The notes under the pieces are model-generated. The model did not search any database, was not told the origin of the DNA, and worked only from the letters and a program-made list of their open reading frames with translations. Made by a program: the position numbers and the translations under genes. This document shows, in pieces, positions 1-10,100 of a DNA stretch of 64,000 bases (the first letter of the stretch is position 1; each line of letters opens with the position of its first letter). The stretch is taken from IMG/VR virus record IMGVR_UViG_3300043436_002883, positions 45,283-109,282 of that record. The stretch is one strand, 5' to 3'. Origin of the DNA: a virus.

Positions 1-29
1 TCCAGAGATTGAGGCTCTTTTTCTTCCAT
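1..29 (-). CDS. 5' end of a gene running off the left edge (MEEKEPQSL...)
   Basis: Minus-strand ATG at 29-27 overlaps the TAA of the upstream ORF (TAATG coupling); frame is open to the window edge. Confidence 0.5.
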
Positions 30-232
30 TATGGTCTCCCCATATCTTCCCAAAATTTTTCTCTCCCCATAGAATCTGTTTCCGTAAGGGTGTTTGACTC
101 AAATTCATATGAAGAAAATGTCTCTTCATCCGCCGCACTGAAATTCGCACTATTTTGCGGAATCACTTTAATGTGAAAAAAATTCTCTTCTTGTTCACAG
201 GCACATTGCCCGTTTTTACATTTATCCAACAT
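29..232 (-). CDS. hypothetical protein
   Basis: 67 aa ORF overlapping both neighbours in a leftward operon. Confidence 0.55.
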   Translation of the reverse strand: MLDKCKNGQCACEQEENFFHIKVIPQNSANFSAADEETFSSYEFESNTLTETDSMGREKFWEDMGRP

Positions 233-431
233 TTTCCACCGCTTTCACGATATTGTCGTAATCTTTAGATCCAAGGACTTTTTTATAATTACAGGATAAG
301 CAGTAAACAAATACCCTGTCTTCGCCGTCTTGATTAGGATAAAGAGAGCCTTGATCCATTGGGCATAAAAGCTCTGGAACAAGGCCCTCTTGTGATAAAG
401 AGAGATACTTCGATACATACTGTACCTTCAT
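222..431 (-). CDS. small zinc-ribbon-like protein
   Basis: CPMD...CLSC motif pair; AGGA upstream of ATG. Confidence 0.65.
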   Translation of the reverse strand: MKVQYVSKYLSLSQEGLVPELLCPMDQGSLYPNQDGEDRVFVYCLSCNYKKVLGSKDYDNIVKAVENVG

Positions 432-436
432 TTATC

Positions 437-988
437 CTACTTCTTTTCAGTTGTTGGGAATCGCAATAGCCATTCCTGCGCTTTTGGGGTCATACCCTTC
501 CAGCTTGACCAATCTAAACCGCCGTTGGTCATATAGTACGTTATCTCTGCGTTTGTTACTGGGTCGAATAACTCTTTGTTACTCTTTAGGTTGAATTTCT
601 CTAGTCTGTCTGGACCGAGATCTCCAATCATGTTTATCTGGAATACTCCGTAAGAACTATCTCCAGTTTTCCTATCCCCGTTATATGCAAGCGGTCTTCC
701 GTTAGATTCACGCTTTGCTATTGACCAAGCTTTCTTAAGGCCTGCTCCTTCGAATCCTACAGTCTTGAGTAGCAATACTAGCTCTTCGTCTGTAAGCATC
801 TCAGATGGTTTGTAAACTTGATTACTGAACTTATCTAAGACTTCTTGCTTTAGTTGGGCTTCAGTTTTCACTAAAGGTTTTACTACTAAGGCTTGTGCGG
901 GCTGGACTGGAAACATAAATAATGTTATCATTACTATTGTAACCAGATTATGAGCCAAATCACTAACCTGTTGTTTTATTTTCTCCAT
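437..988 (-). CDS. secreted lytic transglycosylase / lysozyme-like protein
   Basis: IAKRES (catalytic Glu), SYGVFQIN, LFDPVTNA and WSSW motifs of the lysozyme-like fold; N-terminal hydrophobic stretch ending PAQA; GAGGAGG RBS favours start 988 over 1075. Confidence 0.8.
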   Translation of the reverse strand: MEKIKQQVSDLAHNLVTIVMITLFMFPVQPAQALVVKPLVKTEAQLKQEVLDKFSNQVYKPSEMLTDEELVLLLKTVGFEGAGLKKAWSIAKRESNGRPLAYNGDRKTGDSSYGVFQINMIGDLGPDRLEKFNLKSNKELFDPVTNAEITYYMTNGGLDWSSWKGMTPKAQEWLLRFPTTEKK

Positions 989-1021
989 TGGCATTTCCTC
1001 CTCTAGAGATAACGAACTACA

Positions 1022-1051
1022 ATCATAACATTGATAGGATAAGCCTGTCAA
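1022..1051 (-). promoter_or_regulatory. sigma70-type promoter for the leftward operon
   Basis: TTGACA-18 nt-TATGAT with TGn extension on the minus strand. Confidence 0.6.
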
Positions 1052-1073
1052 GCCAGTCAACCAGAAAGAAAAC

Positions 1074-2075
1074 ATGGATATATCTTATTATACTATTCAA
1101 GCAGGACTAAATCCTGCGGTTGGCTTTGGCTATGCGGGAAAAAATATTGTTAAATCATTAAATAATCTAGGACACTCTGTATCTTTTGCAAATCCTAAAT
1201 CTACTATTCAATTAAATTTTACTCAGCCTCATCATTATAAGCTTCACAGAAATCAGTATCAAATTGGATATACTCCGTGGGAGTCAACATCTATGAGATC
1301 AGACTGGGTTGAAAGATTTAACGCTTGTGATGAAGTGTGGGCAACATCTGATTGGTGTGCACAAGTTTTTAAAGAAAACGGAATAACAAAACCAATATAT
1401 GTTTATCCACACGGTATTGAAGATTTTTGGAAACCAAAGCGCAGGGTTGTTAAAGAAGGACAACCGTTAAAGTTTTTACACATTGGAGAACCATCTCCAA
1501 GAAAAGACGGGCAGCTAGCAGTAGACACTTTTATCAAGCTATATGGCAATAACCCAAACTATCATTTAACTATTAAAGCACACAATTTTAACACTGTTAG
1601 AGTTTATGATAAAGATAATCAGTTTATGAGTCCAGAGATGGCATATAATAATATTACTTTAATAACAGATGAGATTAAAGAAGCAGATCTTGTTGCTTTG
1701 TATCACAGCCATCATGTTTTGTTGTATCCCACATGGGGAGAAGGTTTTGGGTTTATTCCGCTTCAAGGTTTAGCAACAGGCATGCCAGTTATATCAACAT
1801 ATGATTGGTCTCACTATGTGGACTATATGGGACCACTTAAATTAAAATCTAAACTTACAGATGAGACTTTGCCAAAAGCAGTTGGAGACGGACACATTGG
1901 AAAAATGTTTAAACCAGATGCAAAACATTTAGAGCAACTAATGCGTGAAGTTTCTCTTGATTATAAAGCATACTCTGGTTATTATTTTGCTCAGTCAATT
2001 AAAATACATGAAGATTATAATTGGGATCAGTTGACCAAGAAAGCATTTGATCATTTAGTAGAAAAATTTTCCTAG
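1074..2075 (+). CDS. GT-B (family 4-like) glycosyltransferase
   Basis: YTPWES, DEVWATS, YPHG, RK and PTWGEGFGFIPLQGLATGMPVI motifs. Confidence 0.85.
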   Translation: MDISYYTIQAGLNPAVGFGYAGKNIVKSLNNLGHSVSFANPKSTIQLNFTQPHHYKLHRNQYQIGYTPWESTSMRSDWVERFNACDEVWATSDWCAQVFKENGITKPIYVYPHGIEDFWKPKRRVVKEGQPLKFLHIGEPSPRKDGQLAVDTFIKLYGNNPNYHLTIKAHNFNTVRVYDKDNQFMSPEMAYNNITLITDEIKEADLVALYHSHHVLLYPTWGEGFGFIPLQGLATGMPVISTYDWSHYVDYMGPLKLKSKLTDETLPKAVGDGHIGKMFKPDAKHLEQLMREVSLDYKAYSGYYFAQSIKIHEDYNWDQLTKKAFDHLVEKFS

Positions 2076-2162
2076 CGCTTCCACTTTTAATTATTCTTTG
2101 GTAGAATAGGATCTTCACACTAAATCAAATTAACCGCTAGGCGGAGAAACAGGTAATTTTAA

Positions 2163-4097
2163 ATGTCTAAGACTATTGCAAACCCATACGAAAATTTTAT
2201 TGCGTTATCACGTTACGCTAGATGGATTCCAGAAGAGAATAGACGTGAGACATGGGGAGAAACAGTAGATCGATATTTTTCTTTTATGTTAAATCATTTA
2301 AAAGAAAATCATAATTATATTCCAACTGAGAAGCTTGTAGCGGAATTAAAAGACGGTGTATTTAACAGAAATGTGATGCCGTCTATGCGCTCCGTGATGA
2401 CATCAGGAGCAGCATTAGAAAGAGACAATGTGGCTGGATACAATTGTTCATTTGTTCCAGTAGATTCTCCACGTTCATTTGATGAAACAATGTATATTCT
2501 TATGTGCGGAACAGGTGTAGGATTTTCTGTTGAATACAAGTACGTTAATAAACTTCCTGCCGTCCCAGATTCGTTTGAAAAGTCAGATACAGTAATTGTT
2601 GTAGAAGATTCAAAACAGGGTTGGGCAAAAGCATATCGTGAGCTACTAGCATTGCTCTGGACTGGACACATTCCAGCAATTGACGTTTCTAAAGTACGTC
2701 CCGCAGGTGCACGTCTTAAGACAATGGGTGGACGCTCATCGGGACCACAACCACTTGTAAATCTTTTTGATTTTACTATTGCAAAGTTTAAAAATGCAGC
2801 AGGTCGTCAACTTAAGCCTATTGAGGCGCATGACATTATGTGTAAGATTGGAGAAGTTGTTGTCGTTGGCGGAGTACGTAGATCAGCAATGATTTCTCTT
2901 TCCAACATTAATGATATTGAGATGGCTGCAGCAAAGTCAGGCAACTGGTGGGAAAATAATACACAACGTGCACTTTCAAATAACTCTGTTGCTTATTCAC
3001 GCAAGCCAGAGATGGAGCAGTTTATAGCAGAATGGAAAAACCTTTATGATTCAAAATCAGGAGAACGAGGTATATACAATGTGGCCGCAGCTCAAGCCCA
3101 AGCAGCCAAGTATGGAAGAAGAGATCCAGATATTCACTACGGAACTAACCCATGCTCAGAGATTATCTTACGTCCTTACCAGTTTTGTAATCTTTCAGAA
3201 GTCGTACTTCGTGAAAAAGATACAGTTGAAGATGTTGCAAACAAAGTTCGCCTTGCTACAATTTTGGGAACATGGCAATCAACGCTAACAGATTTTAAGT
3301 ATTTACGTAAAATATGGAAAGATAATACAGAAGAAGAACGCCTGCTTGGTGTATCCTTAACTGGACAATTTGGACATAAGTTCTTTTCTGGAAAGCAGGG
3401 CTTGGATAAGTTGGAAACAACTCTATCGGGTCTTCGTGAATATGCAAGAGAAACGAATAAAGAAGAGGCTGGGAAAATTGGGATTCCTGAGTCTGCAGCT
3501 ATTACATGTGTAAAGCCTTCTGGCACAGTATCTCAATTGGTCGGGGTATCTTCAGGAATGCATCCTTGGCATTCACCATATTACATTCGTACAGTTCGTG
3601 GCTCAAAGGGAGATCCAATTTCTACATTCTTAAAGGAAGTCGGAATTCCAGTAGAAGATGATGTTATGAAGCCAAATGATACATACGTATTTTCATTTCC
3701 AGTTAAGGCACCAGAGGGTGCAATTGTTAGAAATGATTTAACAGCATTAGACCACCTAAATACATGGTTAGTTTATCAACGTGCATGGTGTGAGCACAAG
3801 CCTTCAATTACAGTTTCTGTAAAAGAAGATGAGTGGATGGAGGTTGGGGCATGGGTATATAAGCATTTTGATGAGGTATCTGGAATTTCATTCCTGCCTC
3901 ATTCAGATCACTCATACAAGCAGGCTCCCTACCAAGAAGTAGATAAAGCAGAATATGATGCACTTGTTGCAAAGATGCCTAAAGAAATTCGCTGGGAAGA
4001 TTTATCTTTTTATGAGACAGAAGATGGCACTTCTACTAATGCCACTCTTGCCTGCAGCTCAGATGGAAACTGTGAGCTTGTAGATATTTCCGCTTAA
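2163..4097 (+). CDS. nrdJ: class II (adenosylcobalamin-dependent) ribonucleotide reductase
   Basis: YNCSF, GGVRRSA, TNPCSEI, CNLSEV, TCVKPSGTVSQL motifs and C-terminal CxxxxxC. Confidence 0.92.
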   Translation: MSKTIANPYENFIALSRYARWIPEENRRETWGETVDRYFSFMLNHLKENHNYIPTEKLVAELKDGVFNRNVMPSMRSVMTSGAALERDNVAGYNCSFVPVDSPRSFDETMYILMCGTGVGFSVEYKYVNKLPAVPDSFEKSDTVIVVEDSKQGWAKAYRELLALLWTGHIPAIDVSKVRPAGARLKTMGGRSSGPQPLVNLFDFTIAKFKNAAGRQLKPIEAHDIMCKIGEVVVVGGVRRSAMISLSNINDIEMAAAKSGNWWENNTQRALSNNSVAYSRKPEMEQFIAEWKNLYDSKSGERGIYNVAAAQAQAAKYGRRDPDIHYGTNPCSEIILRPYQFCNLSEVVLREKDTVEDVANKVRLATILGTWQSTLTDFKYLRKIWKDNTEEERLLGVSLTGQFGHKFFSGKQGLDKLETTLSGLREYARETNKEEAGKIGIPESAAITCVKPSGTVSQLVGVSSGMHPWHSPYYIRTVRGSKGDPISTFLKEVGIPVEDDVMKPNDTYVFSFPVKAPEGAIVRNDLTALDHLNTWLVYQRAWCEHKPSITVSVKEDEWMEVGAWVYKHFDEVSGISFLPHSDHSYKQAPYQEVDKAEYDALVAKMPKEIRWEDLSFYETEDGTSTNATLACSSDGNCELVDISA

Positions 4098-4165
4098 TGG
4101 TAGAATATGAGTATTGGGTATTAACCCAAAATTCTGGGCACCCCGCCCAAAATGGAGATGATAAA

Positions 4166-4408
4166 ATGGCTATCAAAAAATTTGATAAGGCTGACTTGAA
4201 CAAAGATGGGAAAGTAACAATGCAAGAACAAATTTTAGCAGCAATTGGAACATACGGAAGAGCATTTTTGGCAGCAGCCACAGCTCTATACATGACTGGA
4301 AATACAAATCCAAAGGATTTGATTGCAGCTGGCGTAGCAGCAATTGCTCCAGTAATTCTAAAGGCATTAAGCCCAAGCAACAAAGAATTTGGATTTACAA
4401 GCAAGTAA
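4166..4408 (+). CDS. holin-like small membrane protein with N-terminal EF-hand loop
   Basis: GGAG RBS before ATG 4166; DLNKDGKVTMQE loop followed by two hydrophobic helices. Confidence 0.6.
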   Translation: MAIKKFDKADLNKDGKVTMQEQILAAIGTYGRAFLAAATALYMTGNTNPKDLIAAGVAAIAPVILKALSPSNKEFGFTSK

Positions 4409-4482
4409 TTTAATTATTACTGTTAGGATAGCTCCTGTGCTAAAATAAGCATAGGAGTTTTCCTATTTAGGAGTACTATAAA

Positions 4483-4830
4483 ATGGCAGGGCAAAAGAAT
4501 TTCGAAGTGGATCAAAATGCCACATTTTCATTTATTGTTGAATACAAAGACGATAATGGGCTACCTATTGACCTAACAGGCTCAACAGCAAAAATGCAGG
4601 TAAGAGATACAAAAGGTGGAACTAAATTAGCTTTTAGTTTAACTTCACCATCAGGCGGAATCACAATAACCCCACTACTTGGCAAGTTAACTATTAAAAT
4701 GACTCCAACACAAACCAATAAACTATTCTATCCAAAATCATCATATGACATTATGCTGACAGATTCAAACGCAAATAAAATTAAATTGCTAGAGGGCTTT
4801 ATGACACTTAGCAGATCGGTGACAATATAA
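4483..4830 (+). CDS. virion protein (beta-rich, BppU-N-like)
   Basis: PIDLTGSTAKMQVR...YDIMLTD pattern typical of phage baseplate/fibre adaptor domains; AGGAG RBS. Confidence 0.6.
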   Translation: MAGQKNFEVDQNATFSFIVEYKDDNGLPIDLTGSTAKMQVRDTKGGTKLAFSLTSPSGGITITPLLGKLTIKMTPTQTNKLFYPKSSYDIMLTDSNANKIKLLEGFMTLSRSVTI

Positions 4831-5267
4831 TGGTAGAGACAATTGTTGTAACAGTTCCAAGCAACGAAGTTGTAGTTTCTACTCCTGGCCCCCAAGGCCC
4901 AAGAGGAAAAAGCATACTTAATGGAGTAGGTGCTCCTGCAGAAAATTTTGGTCTTGAAGGAGATTTTTACTATGATAAAAATACAACAAGATTCTATGGG
5001 CCAAAGCCAACAGATCTAACTTGGGCAGGAGCAACAAATTACCTTTTAAACATGACTTTAGAGTACTCTTGGGAACTTACACAAGTTACTGGACCAGTAT
5101 CTGGAGTATATTCTGTAGAAATTAATCATAATTTAGGCATGAAGCCAAACGTTACAATTAAATCAAGCGCAGGCGACGTTTTAGAAACAGGAATAGATTA
5201 TAATAGTAGTAACAAAATAACACTGACAATGGCTCAACCATTCTCAGGGACAGCGTACCTGTCTTAA
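4830..5267 (+). CDS. virion/fibre protein with short collagen-like motif
   Basis: PGPQGPRG; C-terminal HNLG motif shared with the next gene. Confidence 0.6.
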   Translation: MVETIVVTVPSNEVVVSTPGPQGPRGKSILNGVGAPAENFGLEGDFYYDKNTTRFYGPKPTDLTWAGATNYLLNMTLEYSWELTQVTGPVSGVYSVEINHNLGMKPNVTIKSSAGDVLETGIDYNSSNKITLTMAQPFSGTAYLS

Positions 5268-5279
5268 GGGAGTTAGCAA

Positions 5280-6701
5280 ATGGCAAGAAAATTTTTAGTT
5301 AGCGTTGATCTCAATAAGAATGAGCTTCTCAATGCCAGAATCCAAAACCTCGGAGCTGCACCATCTAGCCCAGTAACTGGACAAATTTACTATGACAGCG
5401 GCAACAATGTCATGTACTACTACAATGGATTACCTTCACCAAATGGTCCATGGATGCCAATGTCTGGCTCTACAGAAGTTATCCAAGATGTTATTGGGTC
5501 TTCAGTATTAGGTGGAAATGTTTTAACAGCGACATACGATGACACCGCTGGAACAACAACAATTGATTTAGACAATACAGCAGTAACAGCTGGATCTTAT
5601 GGTTCAACAACAGCAATTCCAACATTTACAGTAGACGCACAAGGTCGTTTAACTGCTGCAAGTACAGTAAGCGTAGCAACAGCTCTTTCAATTGCTGCAG
5701 AATCTGGAACAGCAGACACAGTAGACCTTCTAACAGATACACTAACCTTTGCCGCAGGCGAAGGAATTAATACAGATGTTACAAACAACACAATTACAAT
5801 TTCTGGAGAAGATGCCTCTACAAGCAATAAGGGTATTGCGTCATTTAATTCAGATGATTTTAATACAACAGATGGACATGTAGAGCTAGAGGATACAGTT
5901 GTTAAAACAGTTACAACAGACTCTGGAGCTCTTACTCCATCATCACACGGCCTCTCTATTCTTGGCGGAGAAGGAATTGATGTAACGCATTCTGGAACAT
6001 CAATTACAGTGGCTGGAGAAGATGCAAGTACAACTAATAAGGGTGTGGCTTCATTCTCAACAGATGACTTTACAGTAACATCTGGTGCAGTAACAATCAA
6101 GAATGTGAATCTTGCTACACAGACAACTGGAAATTATATTGCAACAATTGCTGGAACAGAAAATGAAGTTACAGTTTCAGGATCTGGAACAGAAAATTCA
6201 GCAGTAACAATTGGACTTCCAGACGATGTATCAATTACTAACAACTTAACAGTTGGCGGAAACCTAACAGTTAATGGTACAGTAACTGCGGTAAATACAG
6301 AAACAACAACATTAAATGATAATATTATTGTTTTAAATAACAATGAAACAGGTACTCCGTCCCAAAACGCAGGACTTGAAGTAGAACGTGGAACATCTGC
6401 TAATGTTTCAATAGTATGGAATGAATCTTCAGATCAATGGACACTTACAAATGATGGTACAAACTATCATGAAGTAGTACGTAAGTGGAAATCTAATATT
6501 ACTACAACCACTGAAGCCCCTTACACATTTGCGGCAGAGCATAATCTTGGAACACGTGATGTAACGGTTGCAGTTTATTCAAACTCTACTCCATATTCCG
6601 AGGTTGAGGTAGATGTTGATCATACATCAGATACTACAGTTACACTAACATTTGCAATCGCACCAACAGCTGGAGCATATAGAGTAGTAATTACAGGATA
6701 A
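5280..6701 (+). CDS. fibre-like virion protein
   Basis: Thr/Ser/Gly-rich, with an internal 70-aa duplication and [10 protein letters not shown] fibre motif. Confidence 0.7.
   Translation: MARKFLVSVDLNKNELLNARIQNLGAAPSSPVTGQIYYDSGNNVMYYYNGLPSPNGPWMPMSGSTEVIQDVIGSSVLGGNVLTATYDDTAGTTTIDLDNTAVTAGSYGSTTAIPTFTVDAQGRLTAASTVSVATALSIAAESGTADTVDLLTDTLTFAAGEGINTDVTNNTITISGEDASTSNKGIASFNSDDFNTTDGHVELEDTVVKTVTTDSGALTPSSHGLSILGGEGIDVTHSGTSITVAGEDASTTNKGVASFSTDDFTVTSGAVTIKNVNLATQTTGNYIATIAGTENEVTVSGSGTENSAVTIGLPDDVSITNNLTVGGNLTVNGTVTAVNTETTTLNDNIIVLNNNETGTPSQNAGLEVERGTSANVSIVWNESSDQWTLTNDGTNYHEVVRKWKSNITTTTEAPYTFAAEHNLGTRDVTVAVYSNSTPYSEVEVDVDHTSDTTVTLTFAIAPTAGAYRVVITG
5690..6100 (+). repeat. tandem ~210 nt (70 aa) intragenic duplication
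   Basis: GEGI...[19 protein letters not shown] versus GEGI...[19 protein letters not shown]; GEG codons at 5757 and 5967. Confidence 0.8.
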
Positions 6702-6704
6702 AGT

Positions 6705-7121
6705 ATGACAAAAAAATTCTTAACGCCTATAGCACCACCAGCGCTTACTGAAGATCCATCTGTAGGAATAACTGGAGCTATTTACTATAATAGTTTAACT
6801 GGAAAGTTAAAGATTTATTCTGGTACGGCTTGGGAAAATGTTTCTACAGGAGTTTCAGTATTATCGGGACCACCATCTAATCCAGATTTAGGGCAACTTT
6901 ATTTTGATACATCAGAAAGTACATTTAAAGGCTACAATGGACAAGTTTGGTATGACGTTGCGGGACCAAAAGAAATTTTGGAGCATACACACAACGCATC
7001 AAGTGGTATAGTAGAAGAAGTAAATTATGGAGAGTATGTTGATGACTCTAGAATTTTTGCAAGTTCAGGCAGTGCTAGTTCAAATTTTATAGGTGATTAT
7101 ATTGACGGAGGTGGTGCATAA
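6705..7121 (+). CDS. virion protein
   Basis: Two G(A/Q)(I/L)Y(Y/F)(N/D)...Y.G..W fibre-type motifs; coupled to the next gene. Confidence 0.6.
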   Translation: MTKKFLTPIAPPALTEDPSVGITGAIYYNSLTGKLKIYSGTAWENVSTGVSVLSGPPSNPDLGQLYFDTSESTFKGYNGQVWYDVAGPKEILEHTHNASSGIVEEVNYGEYVDDSRIFASSGSASSNFIGDYIDGGGA

Positions 7122-10100
7122 TGGCAATTAGAATTCAATTACGCAGAGACACAGCAGCAAATTGGACTTCAGCAAATCCTGTTTTAAGAGCAGGAGAATT
7201 TGGTGTTGAAACAGATACACTTAAGGTAAAGGTAGGTAATGGCACCAGTACATGGACACAAATATCTAGCTACCTAAATATTACACCCGCACAACTAGCA
7301 ACAACAGTTACAGCAGTAAATGCTTATACAGATGCAGCAGTAGCATCTTTAGGAAATACTGCATCAACCACTTATGTTCCTCTTTCAGATGTTGGAAATA
7401 TAGATGGCGTTGCCTCACTTGATGCCACTGGTAAAATCCCAGATTCACAAATTCCAGCAGGAATAACTAGAGACACAGAGCTATCTTCTGCTATTTCAAC
7501 AGCAATTAATAATCTTATTGATGGTGCGCCAGGCGCATTAGACACACTTAACGAGCTTGCAGCAGCAATTAATGACGATGCATCATATGCATCAACTATA
7601 ACAACAGCCCTTGGTTTAAAAGCACCACTGGCCTCACCAGCACTTACTGGAACACCTACTGCACCAACAGCAGCGGCAGACACAAGTACAACTCAAATTG
7701 CAACCACAGCTTTTGCTAAATCCGAAGCAGATGCAGCACAAGCAGCCGCAATCTCTGAAGCAGCAACAGATGCTACAACAAAAGCAAACGCAGCAAAGTC
7801 TGGCGCAGAAGCAACAGCAGCATCTGCACTTTCTTTGCACGAATCAGATACAACAAATATACATGGTATTGCAGATACAGCAGAACTGGCAACCAAAGCA
7901 TTTGCAGCAGAGCTGCTTACAAATGCTACAAAGTCTAATATATCAATTACAGGAGATAAAAACGGACTTACTATTAATGCTGAAAATGGAGTGGCGGACT
8001 CTACAACAGACGCCTTAGCTGAAGGTGGTACAAATAAATACTTTACAGATGATAGAGCACAGGATGCTGTAGCAACCGCTTTAGCAGCTGGTACACATAC
8101 AAATATTTCAGTATCTTATGATGATGTAGCAAATTCAATTTCTTTAACTGGAGCGGTAACATATACAGATGAAAATGCTCAAGATGCAATAGGAAATGCA
8201 GTTGGAACAGGCCTTTCTTATAACGATACAACTGGAGCAATTTCTGTAGACCCTTCAGAATTTGCACTAAATACAGTCGGTGCACCAACTGGCAACGTAT
8301 CTCTTGCTACCTATAAAATCACAAGCCTTGGAACACCAACTGATTCAACAGATGCTGCTACAAAGGCTTACGTTGACTCAGTAACAGAAGGTCTTCATAT
8401 TCACGAGTCCGTAATTGCAGCAACAACTACAAATGTTAATCTCGCAAATGCTCTTGAAAACGGTGACACTCTTGACGGAGTAACCCTTGCAACTGGCAAC
8501 CGAATTCTTGTTAAAAATCAGACAACTACATCTGAAAACGGTATTTACGTAGTTCAGGCTTCAGGACAACCAGTACGTGCAGCCGATTTTGATACAGCAG
8601 CAGAAGTTGATTCTGGTGATTTTGTATTCGTATATTCAGGAACAGCAAATGCTAGCACTGGATGGGTACAAACAAATAAACCAGCAACAATTGGAACGGA
8701 CCCAATAGTATTTACACAGTTCTCAGGTGCTGGTACATATCTTGCGGGTAATGGATTAAGCCTTAATGGAAATACATTTAGTATTAATACAGGAACAACT
8801 GTAGATTTAAATACAGCTCAAACTCTTTCAAACAAAACACTGACATCTCCAGTTATAAATGGTGCAACAATTGGTGGAAGCTTAATTCCATCAGCAAATG
8901 CCTCATATGACCTTGGATCTGCAGCTAACAAGTTTAAAGATCTATATTTGTCTGGAACAACACTTTACCTAGATACAGCATCTATGCAGTTGGATTCTGG
9001 AAATATTCAATTTAGTCATAGCGGAAATACAACAACAATTCCAGTTGCAAATGGTGCACATACAGTAACAACTCGTGCTGGTATTGAAACTTTAACAAAT
9101 AAAACTTTAACTGCTCCAGTTATTAATAATCCAACTGGAATCACAAAATCTGATGTAGGTCTTGCAAATGTTGATAATACTTCAGATGCAAATAAGCCAG
9201 TTTCAACTGCTACACAAACAGCACTTGACCTTAAGGCACCACTTGCGTCACCAGCACTTAGTGGTGTACCAACTGCCCCAACAGCAGCAGCCAACACAAA
9301 TACAACTCAAATTGCAACAACTGCTTACGTGCAAACAGAGATTGCTGACTTGATTGCAGCTGCTCCTGGAGCACTAGATACTCTTGATGAGTTGGCAGCA
9401 GCTCTTGGTGATGACGCAAACTATGCAGCTACAATAACAACAGCACTTGGTACCAAGGCTCCAATAGCATCACCTACATTTACAGGGACAGTAGTACTTC
9501 CAAATAATACAATTACCAACGCAATGTTAGCTGGATCAATTGAAAACAACAAGCTTGTAAATTCCTCTATTACAATTAATGGGAACGCAGTATCTTTGGG
9601 TGGAACGGTTACGCTGGCCACTTCTGCAGCAACTGAAAATACTCTTGGAACTGTATACGGAAAGGTAACAACATCTGGTGTTGACAACACATCACTAGGA
9701 AGCCTAACTTTACAGAATATAGAAACTGGAACTGAAAATACAGCACTCGGAAATGAATCTTTAAGATCATTAACAGAAGGAAGCAGAAACGCAGTGCTAG
9801 GATTCCAGGCTGGTACTTTAATAACAAGTGGAATAGGAAACGTCCTATTAGGAACTAGCGCAGGAAGCAATTTGGTCGGCGGAAGTAATAACATTATTAT
9901 CGGTGATGTTGTACAGTCCACTACAAGTAATACCAGCAACGAAATTATTATTGGAAATAATGCAAGCAACGCATTTAAAATTCCAGGAATAGGTCTTTCA
10001 GCATCAGTAGCTAACTATATTATAACAGCAACAGATACACAAAATTTAACCAATAAAACAATAACAGCACCAACAATTAGCAACCCTAACTTTACTGGGC

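Noticed and set aside
989-1075. N-terminal extension of the transglycosylase ORF as given in the track
   Set aside because: It overlaps the promoter region and the divergent GT start; the strong RBS points to ATG 988.
2076-2162. Cobalamin riboswitch or NrdR box upstream of nrdJ
   Set aside because: The leader after the -10 is only about 55 nt with one small hairpin; no B12-box or NrdR consensus is recognisable.
4097-4165. N-terminal extension of the holin-like ORF
   Set aside because: The region holds a -10 element and hairpins, and the RBS lies before ATG 4166.
7634-7840. Cys-rich minus-strand ORF and similar short antisense ORFs across the window
   Set aside because: These are antisense reads of GCA/ACA-rich Ala/Thr codons in long plus-strand genes, with no independent expression signals.
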